DNA of 64,000 nt from Felis catus (taxonomy: Eukaryota): contig NC_058368.1 in assembly GCF_018350175.1 (NCBI RefSeq), forward strand, positions 200,758,001 through 200,822,000, read 5' to 3'. Both the position numbers and the translations under genes were made by a program. Shown here one piece after another: positions 38,305-50,524 of this stretch. Each line of letters opens with the position of its first letter. Position 1 is the stretch's first letter. Below the pieces are notes generated by a model. It did not search any database. It saw only the letters and a program-made list of their open reading frames with translations, and had not been told where the DNA came from.

Positions 38305-38702
38305 CGTGAAATTGAGTAAAGGAAAATGTCGTTCAGAATGTCACCAGGAAGTCTTAAAGGGGGAGCTCTCAGGCAAGTACCACTGGTTGCAGCTGACTTT
38401 ACTACCCTCTCAGGTGGAAGGGAGACTGTCTCTTTGCCTGGAATAACCCAGCCAATGAGAACCACCACAACTCAGCCAATGAATGAGAAGTCTCCACAAC
38501 CCCGAACCCTTGCTCTTCTGCAAGGCACTTTCATTGCAAACAGACTACCTTCCTTCTTCTATAAAGTAACATTCCACTCCTTTGTTCTCTGGACTTGGCC
38601 TATGGTTTGGCATAGTTTCCAGTTCCCAAATTGTAATTCCTCTACCATTCCCAAGTAAATTCGTTTTGCTGGTATGCTAACTAGCTGTTTTAAAGGTTGA
38701 TG
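38305..38702 (+). repeat. 5' LTR of the ERV1-class provirus
   Basis: Aligns along its length with the 3' LTR; tandem CCAAT boxes (cagccaatga) and TATA-like ctataaag. Confidence 0.9.
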
Positions 38703-39225
38703 GTAGGTGTAGGGGCGTCCAAAGGAGGCAAACCCCTGAGGAACAAACAAGCCCCAGAATCGCGTGCAGTACCCAGTTGAGCCCCTCATACTCTCTATTT
38801 ATGAGTCCTCTTTCTCCTTTTTATTCGGGAAGTTTCCTTGCAGCTGTGAGCTCCCTCCATTTGGTCGAGCTCTCTGACTTTATTCAGGATCTGTTTTTAT
38901 GAAGGCATCGCCATTCATGGTGAGTATGCTTTTGTTTTCTAAACTTCTGGTTGTCCACTCTGTTCATGTTCTGAGTTGTCGAAGTTTGTTGTGCACACTT
39001 GTTTACTATTTCTGCTTTTTTATTCTGTTCTGTTTCTGTTGAAGGCTCTTGATAAGACACCCTGTTCAAATGGGTAAAATATGTGATTCCCAGTGTTTGA
39101 GAACAGCTGTTGGGAAACAAAGCCCCTCACGCTTAGGGCATTTTAGGGAGTCCAAAGGCAACATAGGTTTCACATGGTCCTTAAACCAGGATCTTGTGCC
39201 TTTCTTGAAAAATATGCGAACTTTT

Positions 39226-39461
39226 GGGGCGCCTGGGTGGCGCAGTCGGTTGAGCGTCCAACTTCAGCCAGGTCATGATCTCGCGGTCTGTGAGTTTGAG
39301 CCCCGCATCAGGCTCTGGGCTGATGGCTCAGAGCCTGGAGCCTGTTTCCGATTCTGTGTCTCCCTCTCTCTCTGCCCCTCCCCCGTTCATGCTCTGTCTC
39401 TCTCTGTCCCAAAAATAAATAAACGTTGAAAAAAAAATTAAAAAAAAAAAGAAAAAAAAAA
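39226..39461 (+). mobile_element. Young felid Can-SINE inside the ERV gag remnant
   Basis: 19-bp TSD gaaaaatatgcgaactttt at 39207-39225 and 39462-39480. Confidence 0.97.
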
Positions 39462-39831
39462 GAAAAATATGCGAACTTTTAGATAATTGGGAATTGTAAT
39501 GCCTTTCTGGGGAGGATTTGATTTAGATAAATTGACCTTAAGGGAGATCCTTAAGAGAGGATTCCAAACCTGTCAGAGGCAATAGGATGCATTCTTTGAT
39601 TAGTATGCAGAAGCTTCTAAAGGAAAAATGACACCAAAACCAGCTCTAAAATGATATTTACAGCCTGCAAAATAAAACAAAACAAAACAACAACAAGTGT
39701 TAGTAAAAAACAAAACAAAACTTTAGTAAAAAACTTGACCAGAGAACCTTAAGTTAGTCCATGTGCCAGAAACACAATTTGGATCCAACTATTCTTTGAG
39801 TTTTATGCTTGAGACACAGCTAATGTTTTTA

Positions 39832-40056
39832 TTTATTTTTTATTTTTTTTCAACGTTATTTATTTATTTTTTGGACAGAGAGAGACAGAGCATGAATGGG
39901 GGAGGGGCAGAGAGAGAGGGAGACACAGAATCGGAAACAGGCTCCAGGCTCCGAGCCATCAGCCCAGAGCCCGACGCGGGGCTCGAACTCACAGACCGCG
40001 AGATCGTGACCTGGCTGAAGTCAGACGCTTAACTGACTGCGCCACCCAGGCGCCCC
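39832..40056 (-). mobile_element. Young felid Can-SINE inside the ERV
   Basis: TSD acagctaatgttttta at 39816-39831 and 40057-40072. Confidence 0.97.
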
Positions 40057-42232
40057 ACAGCTAATGTTTTTAAAACAAAAGCTAGAAATATCTCCATGTC
40101 TGTCTGTATGTCATATATGTATGTTATAAGTATGTGATATTTTTCTCTCCAGATGTTATAGCCAAAATTAATTTGTAAAGAGCTTAAGGAAAAAAAAAGA
40201 GCTTATAAAAATTAAGTACATGAAACCAAATATTCTTCAAGTATACATTATTTGAGATAATCTTTGACAAATTTGGTTTAATTTGTTGGTTTAATAAAAG
40301 CAGGCATGTCTTCAAAATTTGTTAGCAGGAAAACTTGCTTGAGATAATGGCTGGCTTTGTCTATTGTCTCATGAAGTAGTAAACATAATTTTTGGAAACA
40401 AGTAACTTAGATGAAAATGGGTTAAGAGTTTTAGGTACAGTAATTATGTTTTATAGTATGTGTGCTTAAAAAAAATAGCATCCCTAAATCTTTTTGGTAA
40501 CTAGAAACTTTAGAGTTTCACTAAGTTAAATTAAATGATAAAATTTCATTGAAATTATTTTCCAAACAAGATAAAATACTAAAACATTTATTACTGAACA
40601 TAGATTTATTTACTTTTGGTTTCGAATTGCAGAGAAACTGACAATAAATTTAGGTCTGTTAGTAACCATGTCTTGTGCCACATCGAAAGATCACTAGCTA
40701 AAAGGGCATATGTTTCTAGAAATTATAAAATGTATTTGTAAATTTGCCACTCCACAATTGCTTACTTCTTAGTTTTCGCTAAGAATTAAGAATTCTAAGG
40801 GTTAAGAGTTCTAATTAGTATATGTAAGAATCAAACTATCAGAAACAATAAGGATGAAAGGACACGATTATAGGTAGAAGGAAAGCAAGGGAAATTAGAT
40901 GTGTCTTATCAGTTAGAGAAAGTGTGAGGAATGGAAATGCACTTTGAGGAGGAGAGAGAAAGTAGTTTTGTTCTAGAGTAAATTTATTGCCAGCATAAGA
41001 AAATAAAAAGGTAGGACAAAAGCTGAATTCGGTATATTAAATTATAGAAGTTTTGTGGAAAAGAAATCTTGAGAAAGGATTTTTATGAGTGGTCAAGCTG
41101 AATAAGATTGGAATGAATTTATTTAAGTTAAAAAAAGAATTTTAATATTAAAAGTATACTGGTGCAGAATTAGATTTTTTTTTCTCTCTGTTAACAGGAC
41201 ACAATTTTCTTAGTTTATTGGTCTGCTCTTATTGAGAAATTATAAACAAATTTCTTTACCTTTAATGTAATTTGCCTAGGAAGCAAAGATTCTGTGTTTT
41301 GTCTTTATCAGGTCTTTTATTACTTAGAAAACCTGTCTTTGTTTAAAAAGAGCTAAGGATTTTTGCAACTATATAACTTTCTATATTTGCCTTTAAAAAT
41401 TTTTTGTCCCTTTGGCTAAATGGATAATTAAGTCTTGTTTCGTAATTATTGTGATCCTACTTGGTCAGGTGTCTGAAACTTTTTGGTATTTTTAACAAAT
41501 TTCCCCCCAAATCAAATTGTGGGTAAAGTCTTAACTTCCAACTAACTTCAGGCTTTTGCAGAGGATCCCTGGAGCATCTCAACGGATTTGTTCCCTTTCT
41601 TTATAAAAAGGGAAATGTTAGACTAAATTAGGCTTATTTGATATGTTAAATTACATGGGAAGCATGTCAAATAAGAATTAATACTAAACCTTCTTCACCT
41701 TATATTTGTATAGGTACATACAGTAGGTACATGTTGATTGAAGTCTCCCAAAACCTATATGAAATTCTGGGAATTGTACTGTGTCCTGATTTAATGTTAT
41801 CAGTCATAATTTTAAAATGTATGATACAGAAATAAGCAAATCCTTTTGTCAATTCCATTATAATTAACTCTTAACAAATATTTAATAATGGGTATCTTTG
41901 AGTCTTTTGTCACTTATAGACAGTTATTATTTTATTCTGATGCTTTCACAAATATGTTTCACCTTCAGAGAAATTCATGAAAAGGATTTTGACAAGTAAT
42001 TTAGAATATGGTGTCTGATATATTTAAGATCATACCACTTATTTGGATTTAGGGAAATGTTTTCTCTTAAGCTATCTGTGATTTACAGTAATTTGGCAAA
42101 ACCTTTGTAAACAAAGAGGAAGCAATTACTTTTTCTCCCATCCTAATCCTTCCAGAATTTAAAAGCTTTTGAGTATTTTTTCTCATGGCAATATAATTAG
42201 TTTTTTGCATGAGTTCAATAAGAATCTGTCCA

Positions 42233-43210
42233 CCTTGTAGACAGGCCACTGCTTCCTCTTTGACGAAGATCCAATTAGAAAGGATCATTTCTACCTAGGG
42301 ACACCCCTCCCTAGGGAACTTCATAGTGATAGGAATTCACTTTACTGGTCAGGTACTTTGATAAGTTTGTGTTATTTGGCTGGTTTCACTCTGTTTACCA
42401 CCCTAAATCATCAGGGCCAGTTGAATGCACTGACAGCACCATTAAGACTCAATTGGCAAAATTTGTAGAGACCCTTAAAAACCCTGTTCAAAAGCGCTGC
42501 CTTTCATCCTTCTAAATCACAGGTTTCTGGGTGCCTGGGTCGCTCAGTTTGTTAAACATACGACTCTTGATTTTGGCTCAGGTCATGATCTCGAGGTTCC
42601 TGAGTTTGAGCCCTGCGTCTGGCTCTGCACTGATAGTGTGGTGCCTGCTTGGGATTCTCTCTCCCGCTCTCTCTGCCCCTCCTAGCTCATGCTCTCTTGC
42701 TCTCTCTCTCTCTCTCTCTCTCTCAATCTCTCTCAATAAATAAATAAACTTTAAAAAATGTAAATCTCGGTTTCTCCCTTTTGTGGCCCATACACACTAA
42801 CTTTCCAAAATAATTACTAGGTGCCTGATATATTTAGTCCCTGCCTCTTTTGATCCACAGCTGGTCCAAGGAGATAGACTTCAATGTTAGATAGGTCTCA
42901 CAAAATCTATTGAAAATAACCATGCTTTAGTAGGGCAGTCTTTTCACAGCATGCTCCCAGGAGATGAAGACCTCGACTATCACTTCTTACAACCCAGAAA
43001 TGTCATGTATTGGAAAATACATCTTCAGTAAGATTCTTTTCAACCTCATTAGAAAGTTCTCTGTCAGGTTCTGCTAATCAACTCTTTGTGCCACCAAATG
43101 CCAGGGAATAGACCCTTGGATCCACATGTCACACCTAAAAGGAAGCACCACACATTGAATGGACATTCATACCAACTGGTGACCTGAAAGTAACGATTTC
43201 TAGGAATTAA
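42233..43210 (+). pseudogene. ERV integrase remnant (C-terminal part of the DDE core and GPY-like domain)
   Basis: PRELHSDR/IHFTGQV, YHPKSSGPVECTDSTIKTQLAK and QVLL...QGIDPWIHMSHLK, with stops and frameshifts; interrupted by a SINE. Confidence 0.85.
42529..42760 (+). mobile_element. Can-SINE inside the ERV integrase
   Basis: TSD taaatcacaggtttct / taaatctcggtttct. Confidence 0.94.
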
Positions 43211-43239
43211 AGCAGATGATAGCTGCAGCAGACAGCCTG

Positions 43240-44560
43240 CCCAAATGACTGGACCAGTCCTGTATACCTTTTATTACTTACTGTTGCTTCTTGCCTTATT
43301 TTCTCTCTCTTTTTCTTGGTAAGACAGTGCTTTTACCTGCGTTTCCCAATATACTTCAAAAGTGACAGATGGATCTATCATCACAAACTCCAGCCTGATG
43401 TCTGATAACTTCATGATGTCAGATACTCTAATGGTCTTATCTGTAACTAATTTCGCCTTCATCCCAAATGCCACTGTTGATCGTACCTGCAAGCTTATGG
43501 ATGTTACTTATTGGAGTAGGATGTTATAGCCAGGTGTCTCCATACCTTGTTTCAACCTTTCCCCAGTAATAACTGTATTAGCTCATCTAGATAGCTCCTT
43601 TTTTTTTTTTTTGCCAGTTGTGTGACCTTCACCTCCATGTTGTTCTTCTTATTTAAATATGATCTGTTTCCCTGCACCCAAGAGAAATACAAATGGGCTA
43701 ACTCACTTTTTCAAGGCTTTTAGAAAAGAACGCTTTAAGATGGAGTGGTACCTCACAGAATGTCATTCCAATTTCTCTGATCCTGGCTTGAAAAGTATCA
43801 AGAAATTTTAGCTAGTAGATCTATTGATAACCAGACTAACTGGAGTCCTCTGAACTCTACCATGTTTCATTTTCGTCTGCAATCGATGGCATTTCCCATG
43901 GGTATATGAATGTTTAGATACCTGGTGAATTGGAGGCTAATGTCCATTGGGGCATTTAGCTGTCCCTGTTAACATTCATAACAAATCAGAAGTCTCCCAT
44001 TTGTCCTTCACTAGTTCACCCCATTAAGCCTCCATGGCCTCCTTAAAGGAAAACTTCCAGAAGGCACACATAAATCTGGGTTTCCTTCCTGAGGATATCC
44101 TTCTCTTGGGTCAGAATTAATGCCAATGAATGCATGATCAGAAATTTTTTCCTAACACTAGGGGGGGCTAGCCATTTCCACAGCCAAGGCAGCAGCAGCC
44201 CAACAGTCATCACTTGACTTGCTGGCTAATGTAGTTTTGAACAATTACATGGTCCTTGATTACCTGCTTGCTGAGTAAGGAGCTGTTTGTGTGATGGCAA
44301 ACACGCCTTCTGCACATGGATAAATTCCTCTGGAAGTGGAAACTCAATTACATATGATTAGGGAACAAACACATTTGCTATAACAAATTTTACCTGACGA
44401 TACTTTTTATCTCCTTAGCTGGTTACTTTCAGGTCTAGGCTCCTTGTTTAGAACTATTAAAGAAATTAGGGTCATTATTCTGCTCTTCATCTTCCTTTGT
44501 ATAATCATGTTTAAACTGCATCTGTTGCCTATCTAACCTTTGTAGCGATAACGTGTCGCT
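43240..44560 (+). pseudogene. ERV env remnant (gamma-type TM subunit)
   Basis: From 44168: LAISTAKAAAAQQSSLDLLANVVLNNYMVLDYLLAE*GAVCVMANT/FCTWINSSG/EVETQLHMIREQ...SWLLSGLGSLFRTI..VIILLFIFLCIIMF, comprising heptad, immunosuppressive domain, decayed CX6CC and membrane anchor. The 5' boundary is approximate. Confidence 0.88.
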
Positions 44561-44797
44561 TATGACTCTGATAAGTTCGATTTTGGTGCGAAATGCCTGA
44601 GAGTTCTTTCTCCTACCCTTCCTTTTTCCTCAAATGTGGCCTAAGTGATTTCTAGTCTGTGTACTTTTCCTCAGATATGGCACATGACAACCAAGAAATG
44701 TCCTTTCTGGCACTGAGGGATGAAACCATTAAATGTAAAAAACCTGACCCTTGATCTGCAATGCTTTCAAGGAAAGATCTTGATCAAAAGAGGGAAA

Positions 44798-45187
44798 TGT
44801 AAAAATGAGTAAAGGATAACCTCATTCAGTATGGAATTGTGAAGTCCTGAGCATGTACCACTCATCACAGCTTACTTTACTAGCCCAGCAGGAGGAAGGG
44901 AGATTTTCTACTTGCTCAGCAATAGCCCAACCAATGAGGACCACAACTCAGCCAATGAGAAGTCTCTACAACCCTGAACTCTTGCTCTCCTCCAATGAAC
45001 TTTCATTCCACATAGCTCCTTTCAACATCCTCTTTTCCTCTATAAAATAATGCTGCACTCTTTTGTTCTCTAGACTTGCCTATGGTTCACTATAGCTTCC
45101 ATGTCCTGAATTGCAATTCCTCTGCTATTCCTGAGTAAACTAATTTTGCTGGTAAACTAACTGGCTATTTTATTTTTAAGGTTGACA
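44798..45187 (+). repeat. 3' LTR of the ERV1-class provirus
   Basis: TGT...ACA termini, preceded by the PPT. Confidence 0.92.
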
Positions 45188-45303
45188 AGGAAAATGAAAT
45201 TAATTAAAAATTTTTAACTATTTGAATATTCATTAATTTTCCCAGAGGCAAAAAGCTATGGTAGTAGAACCAAGATTCAGTCTCAAGTCTCTGCTACTTT
45301 TTC

Positions 45304-45522
45304 TTTTTTTCTTTTTAATTTTTTTTAACGTTTATTTATTTCTGAGACAGAGACAGAGCATGAGTAGGGGAGATGCAGAGAGAGAGGGAGACACAGAATC
45401 AGAAGCAGGCTCCAGGCTCTGAGCTGTCAGCACAGACAATGCGGGGCTCAAACTCACAGACCGCGAGATCATGACCTGAGCCGAAGTTTGATACTCAACC
45501 AACTGAGCCACCCAGGTGCCCC
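45304..45522 (-). mobile_element. Can-SINE
   Basis: TSD ctgctactttttc at 45291-45303 and 45525-45537. Confidence 0.96.
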
Positions 45523-46799
45523 AACTGCTACTTTTTCAAGGACGCAACACAATTCTTCCTAGATTAGCATAGGGAAAAGTCACTGCTTAAAGCTTTCATA
45601 AATTAAGTGGAACTTCCTTCTCGATTTTGGCTTAGCTTTCAGGAAAATGATATATATAATGTCAGGATATTAGATTATTTAATCAATTTACATAATTAGA
45701 ATAACTTGCAAATTATGTAGGGACTGTTTTAAATTAACAAAGAAACTCAAATAATGTTTAATATGATATATTGTTATAGATTTGTTAGTTTTGTATGTCA
45801 AAGAACAAATGTTAATCAATAATGCAAATCCCTTAAAAATTAGAAAGTGTGCCTTTACAGCCAATATAAAGCAGAAACTATGAGTTAGAACAGATGATTC
45901 AAGATGATAATAAATAAACTATATTTCTATATTTTTAAAATCTAACCCATATAGTTGTCTAACTCTTGTTCATCTTATTTATATTGTGTATATGTAATTG
46001 TAAACTATATGGATAATTCCACTTATTTTGGATTATTAGAAGGGAAGACGATTTGTCTCAGTATTAAATTTCAGAAAATGAATTTTGTCCTCCAACCAAA
46101 AATCTCCTCCATAATTTAAGACAAATGCCGTAAAACTTTTGGTGTTATATTATATATTTCACTTCTTACAAACTAATATGCTCTGACAGCGAAGAGTATT
46201 TTTCTTTAGTAAATGTTCATAAGTCATTCCAGTTCTTTTTTTCTTTTACAAATTTTAAATAAGTGGGAACATTTTAAAGATGTCCCTGAGTACAGTTCCA
46301 CAGATAACTCTAGTTTCAATGTAATGGTCAAATCCTTTACTTTTGGAAACCTGGGTAATTTCTATCTCAGGTCATCAAATGCTTGCCCCAACATAATTAA
46401 GCATAGTGTTGTGGTGGTTGTTGTTGATGGGAGGGCTGTTCTTTCTCCCCTCCTGGATTGTGGGTTCCTACAGGAAAACTATGTGTCAAAACAGCGATGT
46501 GCTGTTACAGCTAACAATTACATAGTCATCCGTTAATATTTTCTATTGTAGAAAATGAATTTCAATTCAGATTTACTTGTAAGTATTTACTTATTCTACT
46601 TTAATTTGCATTAGATTTGTTTTGGAGTGGGAATGTATTTGAAATCTAACCTGTTTCTGTGACAAAATTTTCAAACATTCACATATATTCCTATTTAAAA
46701 TAATAATTATCTTCTCCCTCCACATCATTGTTTGTATAGACTAGATAAAACACAGTAGTGACGACTTTTTCTTGTTAATAGACATTACTTGATATTTTA

Positions 46800-47420
46800 G
46801 CTTTAATGCTAGAAAATAAAAGCAGTTTGTAATGTGTCCAGAAATGCCCTTTCTTTTCGCTTACAGAGCACTTAAGTGTCATGTTAAGCCTGAGGCAGAT
46901 CTGTCTAGAATTGTGTTTACTGTATTCCTTTCAAAATGCAGCACAGAATCTTATCGCTTATCAGTGCATAAAGTCTAACAGATTGCAGACTCAAATTTCC
47001 CCTTCCAGGCAATGTTGGGTTTCACTATTGTTTGCCATGACAAAGGTTTTCATGAATTCTAGGGCTTGGATTTCTGTCTTGTTTTCCTTAGCATAACCCT
47101 CTAGGCAACCAATCAGCATTTTTCAGCTTCTAGAAATTGTTCGAACTGTTACTACAAAAAGCTGCATTTTAAAATTCTACCTCTTTACATTTGGCTTTCT
47201 TTGAAAAAAAAAAAAAAAACAAAAGTTATGCTGGGTAGTTTTGGTTATATTGAAAAGAAGAAGCAATTAAACATTGTCTGCAGATGCTGCTGCTGTAAAT
47301 GAGGTTGCCTGAATTTGGTGAAAGCAAATATGCTCACAATTCATATTTGGGCTGCAATTTTAAAACCGTCAGAGGAAGGAAGTATCTTGGCTAGGGACAA
47401 CTTTAGCTATGTAGACTTTT
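46800..47420. promoter_or_regulatory. Unique block with RFX X-box-like and CCAAT motifs; candidate cis-regulatory element
   Basis: TTTGCCATGACAAA at 47031-47044; CTAGGCAAC overlapping CCAATCAG at 47101-47116; acceptor-like cttttcgcttacAG at 46865-46866. Confidence 0.3.
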
Positions 47421-47639
47421 CTTTTTCTTTTTCTTTTTTTTTTAATATCAGAGTCATCCATGTGTGACTACTTTCAGATAATTTAGAGACACTTTTACAA
47501 ATGTATCAGCTATGGACACAAAGAGTTTCTTAGGCAAATAATTCCAATCCCTCTCATCAGAAAACCAGTTCAGCATTTTAGATGCCATTTAAGTTGAATG
47601 CATAGTTTACATGGGCTGAATACTTTTTGTTGGCCAAAG

Positions 47640-48290
47640 TCTATTTTTCAGTCCATTCGCATATTCCAGGTTTTGCCAAACCTTGTAGATCTGATCACCT
47701 AGTTATTTCTCTGTCTCCTCTGCATTGCCCCCCTTCTACTGCCTTAGGTGAGGGCCTTCCAATGTCTTGCCAAGCCCTTAACTAGTCTTCATTTCCAAAT
47801 TGTCTCTATGCTACTCTAAGTGGTGCCTTATAAATCCCTAATTTGATCATATCATTTCCCTCTTAAAATGCCTCAGTGACACAAGGTCTCCTACACTATA
47901 AAATCCACACCTCTTAAAACGGTATAACGTGACGTTCATGATCTCACTCTGCCAATGTTTCTAAATTTACCTCTCCCCATTCCCTGCCCCGTGCCACCCT
48001 GAAACAAATATGTATTTCTCCAATCATATTAACTTCCTTTTTCCTCATTCAATTCTTTTTGCCTTTGCATTTGCTGTTCAGTTAGCTAGGGATGCCCTTC
48101 CCTGATTGCTTGTCACCCCTATTGCCCATCCCATATCCCTTCTTTTCATCTATTAAGTTGCCTATGAGAAGCCTTCACTAATGTTCTCTGACCAGGTCAG
48201 AGATATTTTTATTATGTTACCATAGTGATACTCTTATACCTCTGGGTTTTACCATGCATGCATCCATCATATCGGTGGAATTATTGGTCA
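47640..48290 (+). mobile_element. L2 LINE fragment
   Basis: atttgatcatatcatttccctcttaaaatgcctcagtg...gcctttgcatttgctgttc...gagaagccttcacta. Confidence 0.75.
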
Positions 48291-48730
48291 ACAAACACAC
48301 ACAAATATTGCACAACAATAAACTTTTGAAAGTTAGTGATACTTTGGCAAAGATAAAGAATTAAATATATTTGAGAGACAAAAAATGAAAGTAATTATCT
48401 GCCGTAAACAAAAATTGAGAAACTTTCAAGAAGAGCCCTGCCCTAAATATCAGTGTATAATGTCTTAGACATTCTTCATTCACATGTTACTCATTGAACA
48501 ACCGTTTATTGATCGCCTCCTACTATGAATTCTTGCACTATAAAAACATTGTGTTTTTATGCGTAGATAGTAGGGATGGGAAATAAAATCCTTATCCTAT
48601 CCTTTGTGTGTCTACAGACAACTTTTTTTTTCCTAAGATTACTCTCAATCCTTTGTAAGTGTTTGAGATGCTTTCTAGCATCATGATGGGTTGAGCTGAA
48701 ATAAATGTACTATCAAAGCCCCCTTTCCCC

Positions 48731-48731
<1 letters not shown>

Positions 48732-48767
<36 letters not shown>

Positions 48768-48768
48768 A
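48732..48768. repeat. (CA)n microsatellite
   Basis: Direct reading. Confidence 0.95.
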
Positions 48769-49189
48769 GGAACATAGAAATGTTGGGTCAAATAAAATAA
48801 GAACTTCTAAATTACTAGGTTCTAAGTAATGAATAAAGAATGTACAGATCTTAAAAATGAAGGAGAGAAATCAAAGCCAGAGTAGTAAAGAGAAAGTTGA
48901 AACTTTAGCAGCCCATTGACATTGGTCTGGACAAAGGCCCAGGATCTAGGCACTAAAATCTCAGGTTCTAATGGCCAGATGCCATGAGGAGACAGGGCCG
49001 CAGTTCTGAATATTGAGATGGTTATAAGTGGGGTCCTACATAAACTCTGAAGCCTTGAAGTGTTCCTTATTCCCAGCTACTAGAAAAGTCCATCCACCAA
49101 TGGAAAAAAGAAATAGGATAGCTTACAGTCTATTAAAGGATTTGGGGCCTAAAAGTAAGTTGTGGGCATAAAAAAATGATCTCTTAGAG

Positions 49190-49600
49190 GAAAGAATAAC
49201 AAAAAGGAATGTGGGAGAGGAAGTATTTGAAGAGATAATGTCCAAAAATTTTTCCATAATTAAAGAAAGAGATGTTTTTAATTTGAGGAATTAAACAAAA
49301 TCCTGGACAACCGAAAAATAAACATCTAGCTTCAGCCTTGTGATCCTGTAGACAATCAAAAACAATAGGAAAATATTAAAAGGAAGAAAAAACAGACAAA
49401 TTTGCCTACAAAAAAGCACAGTTACACTTCTCCTACAGTCTTGTAAACAGCAATAACATATGCTAAGGAAAAATTACTGACACCTAGAATTCTCTGCATA
49501 TGTAAGCCCACATTCAAGAGAGGATGTGAGACAAACACATGTCACACAAAGACTAAAATTTTACCATCTGAGAACCTTGCAAATGCTTGAATAATTAATT
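49190..49600 (+). mobile_element. Ancient L1 ORF1 fragment
   Basis: EEVFEEIMSKNF motif (gaggaagtatttgaagagataatgtccaaaaatttt) and cctagaattct (PRIL). Confidence 0.65.
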
Positions 49601-50201
49601 AATAACAATAAAATTTTCAAAACAATTTAAAAGTTTTAAAATCTGTAATAAAAATTTTTAAATAATATTTTCTTTATTTACAAGTTAGAATCAACAGAGA
49701 AAGAAAGACAAGCCAGATACTAAATGGAGAGATGTAAAAAAACAAACAAAAACAAACAAACAACAGGAAAAAACCAACCAGGGGTCCCAAATGCAGCAGA
49801 AGGAAATGGAAAAACAGAATAGAAAAAAAGTCAATTTAAAGAAAGCTTCCCCTTCTACCTTCCCCATGGAGGCTGAGGAGACCATGGCCCCATTCCCCTT
49901 AACCTTACTAATAGCTTAAAATAAAGTACAACAGACAACCTCAAAACAGAGTCCTTAGGAGTGAACAGAGCAGCTGTGGCCTCAGGTAACCCCCCTATCA
50001 GGGCCTTTGCCCACTGCCTGTACCCCTGCCGCACCTCAGTCATTTTGAATGGGGACTCTATGTCCAAGAGGTCACTCTCAATGGAGCGAGGAACTCAAAT
50101 CTTATTTCGCCCTTTATGTCCCTACTTCAGGAAATGTCCCTGTATCCCTTCCCCAACTGGGGAGCTAGGATATATGCAGAAAATATAAAAAAAGATTTGA
50201 A

Positions 50202-50416
50202 GGGGCGCCTAGGTGGCTCAGTCGGTTGGGCGTCTGACTTCGGCTCAGGTCATGATCTCGCAGTCCGTGAGTTCGAGCCCCGCGTCGGGCTCTGTGCTGA
50301 CCGCTCAGAGCCTGGAGCCTGTTTCAGATTCTGTGTCTCCCTCTCTCTCTGACCTTCCCCCATTCATGCTCTGTCTCTCTCTGTCTCAAAAATGAATAAA
50401 CGTTAAAAAAAAAATT
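50202..50416 (+). mobile_element. Felid Can-SINE
   Basis: TSD aaaaaaagatttg on both sides. Confidence 0.96.
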
Positions 50417-50524
50417 AAAAAAAGATTTGCAGAAAATATGGCTTACAATGAAGGTGGAAGAAATGAGATTTAATTAGCATTTCTTTGATCCCTAAATGTC
50501 TTTCTTTGGGAGAGGGGTATTTTA

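Larger units (their letters stand above)
38305..45187 (+). mobile_element. Ancient ERV1-class (MER4/MER34-group-like) provirus with two LTRs, non-coding
   Basis: Homologous LTRs at 38305-38702 and 44798-45187; polypurine tract aaaagagggaaa at 44786-44797; 4-bp TSD agaa/agga; gag, integrase and env remnants inside. Confidence 0.9.

Noticed and set aside
43240..44560. Intact captured env (syncytin-like gene)
   Set aside because: In-frame stops (for example TAA within the ISD) and frameshifts; no long ORF in the track.
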